Positions 46,629 to 49,597 of a DNA stretch of 49,597 nucleotides are shown in pieces. A model generated the notes under the pieces. That model was not told where the DNA came from. It saw nothing but the letters and a program-made list of their open reading frames with translations, and searched no databases. Position numbers and translations under genes: made by a program. Origin of the DNA: Eubacteriales bacterium (lineage in GTDB: Bacteria > Bacillota > Clostridia > Oscillospirales > QAKW01); NCBI GenBank assembly GCA_045660845.1, contig JAZREO010000115.1, positions 1 to 49,597 of the forward strand. The letters run 5' to 3'. Each line of letters starts with the position of its first letter. Positions within the stretch are counted from its first letter, which is position 1.

Positions 46629-47519
46629 ATGATTTATACGGTTACCTTTAATCCGGCATTGGATCATATCCTTTATCTGGACCGGCTGATTCCGGGCGAG
46701 ACCAATCGCTGCCGGAGGGAAGAACTGTATTTCGGCGGGAAGGGGATCAATGTCTCGCTGGTACTGAGAGAATTGGGTGTGGAGAGCACCGCCCTCGGCT
46801 TTATCGCCGGTTTTACCGGTGATGCCCTGGAGCAAAATTTGCGTGGACAGGGCATCCAGACGGATTTTATCCGGCTGAAAGAGGGCTTGACTCGCATTAA
46901 TGTCAAACTGAACGGGGAGAGGGAGACCGAGATCAATGCGCCGGGACCCGCCATCGACTCGGCGTCGCTTGCCGCCCTGATGGAAAAGCTGGACGCTTTA
47001 AAGGCGGGGGATACCCTGGTGCTGGCGGGGAGTATCCCTGCCACCGTTCCCGCCGATATTTATGAGCAGATCGCAGAGCGCTTGCAGGGCAGAGAGATCC
47101 GCCTGGTGGTGGACGCCGCCGGAGCACTGTTGCTGGAAGTATTGCCCTATCATCCCTTCCTCATCAAGCCAAATCATCGGGAGTTGGAGGAATTGGTAGG
47201 GCGCTCCTTGCATGGGTCCGGAGAACTTGCCGATGCGGCAAGGGCGCTGCAGAAAAAGGGGGCGCAAAATGTCTTGGTCTCCCGGGGAAAGGACGGCGCC
47301 CTGCTGCTGGATGAGAATGGTAAGGTTCATGAAATGTCCGCTCTCGGCGGCAAGCCGGTCAATACCGTCGGTGCCGGAGATTCCATGGTCGCCGGCTTTT
47401 TAGCCGGGATCGGCGGAGGGTATGAATACGCCTTGAAATTAGGCTCCTCCGCCGGTGGTGCCACTGCGTGCCAGCCCGGATTGGCAAAAAAATATGAGAT
47501 AGAAGAACTGCTGAAGTAA
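46629..47519 (+). CDS. fruK: 1-phosphofructokinase (PfkB family)
   Basis: TVTFNPALD, GGKGINVS, TRINVK, IKPNHREL, NTVGAGDSMVAGF. Confidence 0.88.
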   Translation: MIYTVTFNPALDHILYLDRLIPGETNRCRREELYFGGKGINVSLVLRELGVESTALGFIAGFTGDALEQNLRGQGIQTDFIRLKEGLTRINVKLNGERETEINAPGPAIDSASLAALMEKLDALKAGDTLVLAGSIPATVPADIYEQIAERLQGREIRLVVDAAGALLLEVLPYHPFLIKPNHRELEELVGRSLHGSGELADAARALQKKGAQNVLVSRGKDGALLLDENGKVHEMSALGGKPVNTVGAGDSMVAGFLAGIGGGYEYALKLGSSAGGATACQPGLAKKYEIEELLK

Positions 47520-47637
47520 TAAGAACTAATGCAAGAGGCTTTAAATGAGCAGACCTGCTTTCTTTTATTTAGTTGCTTTATGTATGATAGTGTGATAAAA
47601 TATTTGATAAGAAATCATGTGCCTTGGGGGTGTGGCT

Positions 47638-48420
47638 ATGCTGTTGGCTGTGGATATCGGCAATTCGAGCATTACCGTCGGCGGGTTCCGGGAGGAAGCG
47701 GAGCCTGTCTTTTCCATGCGCTTTGCGGCGGGGGAGCAACGTTCCGCCGATGAATATGCAGAGACCCTTCGTCAGGTGCTGCGGATGCGGGGAGTGGAGC
47801 CGGAGGAGATCACCGATTGCGCTATCTCCTCAGTGGTGCCGCCCTTGACCCATACCATTGAGCAGGCGCTGCAGTTGATCCACCCCTGCCAGGTGCTGAC
47901 GGTGGGCGCCGGGGTCAAGACCGGCTTTTCCATCCGCACCGATGTCCCAGCAGAGGTGGGTGCGGATATCATCGCAAACGCCGCCGCGGCCATGCGGCAG
48001 GGTGTCCCTGCAATCATTGTGGATATCGGGACGGCAACGACGGTCTTTGCGGTCAACGATCAAAAGGAGCTGATCGGTGGGGTGATCCTGCCGGGGATCT
48101 CCTCCTCGCTGGCGGGACTGCGTTCTTCCACTGCCCAGCTGCCCATTGTGACGCTGGAGCCGCCGAAAAAGGTGATCGGCAAAAATACCGCCGCGTGCAT
48201 TTCAACCGGCGTTTTGCAGGGTCATGCCTTTGCCATCGACGGCTTTATCGAGAAATTTAAAGAGGAGCAGGGCATGGCGGATGCGGCGGTCATCGCCACC
48301 GGCGGGCTTTGCAATCTGATCCTTCCTCTTTGCAGTCAGAGAATGCAGGCAGAGCCCTTTTTGACCCTCAAGGGTCTGCGGGTGATCTATGAAAATACCC
48401 GCAAGAAAAAAGTATGTTAG
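47638..48420 (+). CDS. coaX: Type III pantothenate kinase
   Basis: LLAVDIGNS, ISSVVP, EVGADII, VDIGTATT, GGVILPG, TAQLP, ATGG. Confidence 0.92.
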   Translation: MLLAVDIGNSSITVGGFREEAEPVFSMRFAAGEQRSADEYAETLRQVLRMRGVEPEEITDCAISSVVPPLTHTIEQALQLIHPCQVLTVGAGVKTGFSIRTDVPAEVGADIIANAAAAMRQGVPAIIVDIGTATTVFAVNDQKELIGGVILPGISSSLAGLRSSTAQLPIVTLEPPKKVIGKNTAACISTGVLQGHAFAIDGFIEKFKEEQGMADAAVIATGGLCNLILPLCSQRMQAEPFLTLKGLRVIYENTRKKKVC

Positions 48421-48512
48421 CCTTTGGCGTAGCATAAAGAATTTGAACTGCGATGCATCCGTTAGAGGGCGGAGCGTCAGCATCGGGTAAAGTCCCGAAA
48501 GGAGAAAAGAAG
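48419..48512 (+). promoter_or_regulatory. Structured leader upstream of the ECF S component (riboswitch candidate)
   Basis: CGATGC/GCATCG stem, inner TCCGT/GCGGA stem, alternative TCGGG/CCCGA hairpin next to the RBS. Confidence 0.4.
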
Positions 48513-49121
48513 ATGGATAGAAGCAAAAGACGGGCAAGAACTGTGTACTTAGCGCAGCTGGGACTATTGCTTGCGGTGGTGGTCGTGCTGCAGTATATCG
48601 GGAATTTCATCCCGGTGGTAGCGGGTATCAACCTGACGCTGATCCCCATTGTGGTAGGAGCGGCATTGCTGGGACCCGTGGGCGGTCTGATTTTAGGTCT
48701 TGCCTGCGGTGTGATGACACTTTTTACGCCCATGGCATTGGGAATCATGAATTATTCCTGGATCATGGCGATTTTGATCTGCTTGGGTAAGACCGGTATG
48801 GCAGGCTTTGCCGCCGGTTGGTTCTACCGTTGGATCGCAAAGAAAAACCGCCATGTAGGTATTGTAGTTGCCTCTGTTGCGACTCCCATCATCAATACCG
48901 GTATCTTTGTGGGCGGATGTGCGCTGCTGGTGGATTATTTTATTAGCAACCCTAACGGTGGTTTCGGTGTTGTTGCCGAGGGTACGAGCATGGTCGGCTT
49001 CTTCGGTATGGTCTGCGTGATGATCGCGCCGAACTTCATTATTGAATTTTTGGCCAATGCCATTGCCGCGACCGCCATCTACCAGGTGGTCAAGATCCTG
49101 GAAAAACGATTGAAGAAATAA
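48513..49121 (+). CDS. ECF transporter S component, probably for pantothenate (PanT-like)
   Basis: LTLIPIVVGAALLGP..G..LG, several TMs, INTGIF, NFIIE; directly downstream of coaX; ATG 48513 after AAGGAG. Confidence 0.8.
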   Translation: MDRSKRRARTVYLAQLGLLLAVVVVLQYIGNFIPVVAGINLTLIPIVVGAALLGPVGGLILGLACGVMTLFTPMALGIMNYSWIMAILICLGKTGMAGFAAGWFYRWIAKKNRHVGIVVASVATPIINTGIFVGGCALLVDYFISNPNGGFGVVAEGTSMVGFFGMVCVMIAPNFIIEFLANAIAATAIYQVVKILEKRLKK

Positions 49122-49133
49122 GAGGAAATAGTT

Positions 49134-49595
49134 TTGAAAAAAATCGCAAGTTTTACGGTCAACCATGATATTTTAGATCCGGGAATGTACCTTTCCCGCA
49201 TCGACGGCGATGCGGTGACCTATGATATCCGGATGAAGAAGCCTAATGGCGGGGAGTACCTGGATAACGGTGCCATGCATACCATTGAGCATCTTTTTGC
49301 CACCTATGCCCGCAATACAAAATGGGCGGCGGAGATCCTCTATGTGGGACCCATGGGCTGCCGCACCGGTTTTTACCTTTTGGTGCGGGATGCGGTATCC
49401 CAGACGGAAGCCATTCGCCTGGTGCAGGAGTCGATGGCGTTTATCGCAGATTTTGAGGGAGAGATCCCCGGCACCACGTCCATCGAGTGCGGCAACTACT
49501 TAGAGCACGATCTTGCAGGCGCAAAAAGGGAATCTGCCGCCATGGTAAAGGTACTTCATGGGTGGACGCCCGACCTTTTAAAGTATAAAGAATGA
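49134..49595 (+). CDS. luxS: S-ribosylhomocysteine lyase (AI-2 synthase)
   Basis: ASFTVNH, HTIEH, GPMGCRTGFY, CGNYLEH; TTG start. Confidence 0.95.
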   Translation: MKKIASFTVNHDILDPGMYLSRIDGDAVTYDIRMKKPNGGEYLDNGAMHTIEHLFATYARNTKWAAEILYVGPMGCRTGFYLLVRDAVSQTEAIRLVQESMAFIADFEGEIPGTTSIECGNYLEHDLAGAKRESAAMVKVLHGWTPDLLKYKE

Positions 49596-49597
49596 GA

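Overview
A GC-rich chromosomal segment of a spore-forming Clostridia-class bacterium (spoIIR, yaaH-like, T-box, PyrR, ECF S component, glgD). It is mostly housekeeping: pyrR-uraA/upp, nfnAB-like, cysE-cysS with a Cys T-box, htrA, uxaBA, cca, glgBCDAP, pdxK with a MocR regulator, dgt-dnaG-sigA, coaX-panT-luxS. The main accessory feature is a ~7.5 kb AT-rich integrative mobilizable element (about 34380-41859) inserted in the 3' end of tRNA-Lys(TTT). It carries a large serine recombinase whose reading frame crosses the att site, two XRE regulators, two unknown cargo genes behind a ~215-nt multibranched RNA-like leader, and an OB-fold/TcpA-like ATPase/HUH rolling-circle Rep module with a candidate origin hairpin. 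Other points of interest are a riboswitch-like leader between coaX and panT, an antisense copy of the tRNA 3' end with a hairpin array, an in-frame TAG in pdxK, a small XRE switch islet, and two sporulation genes whose RBS lies inside the upstream terminator. All family assignments come from motif recognition by eye; no database searches were run.
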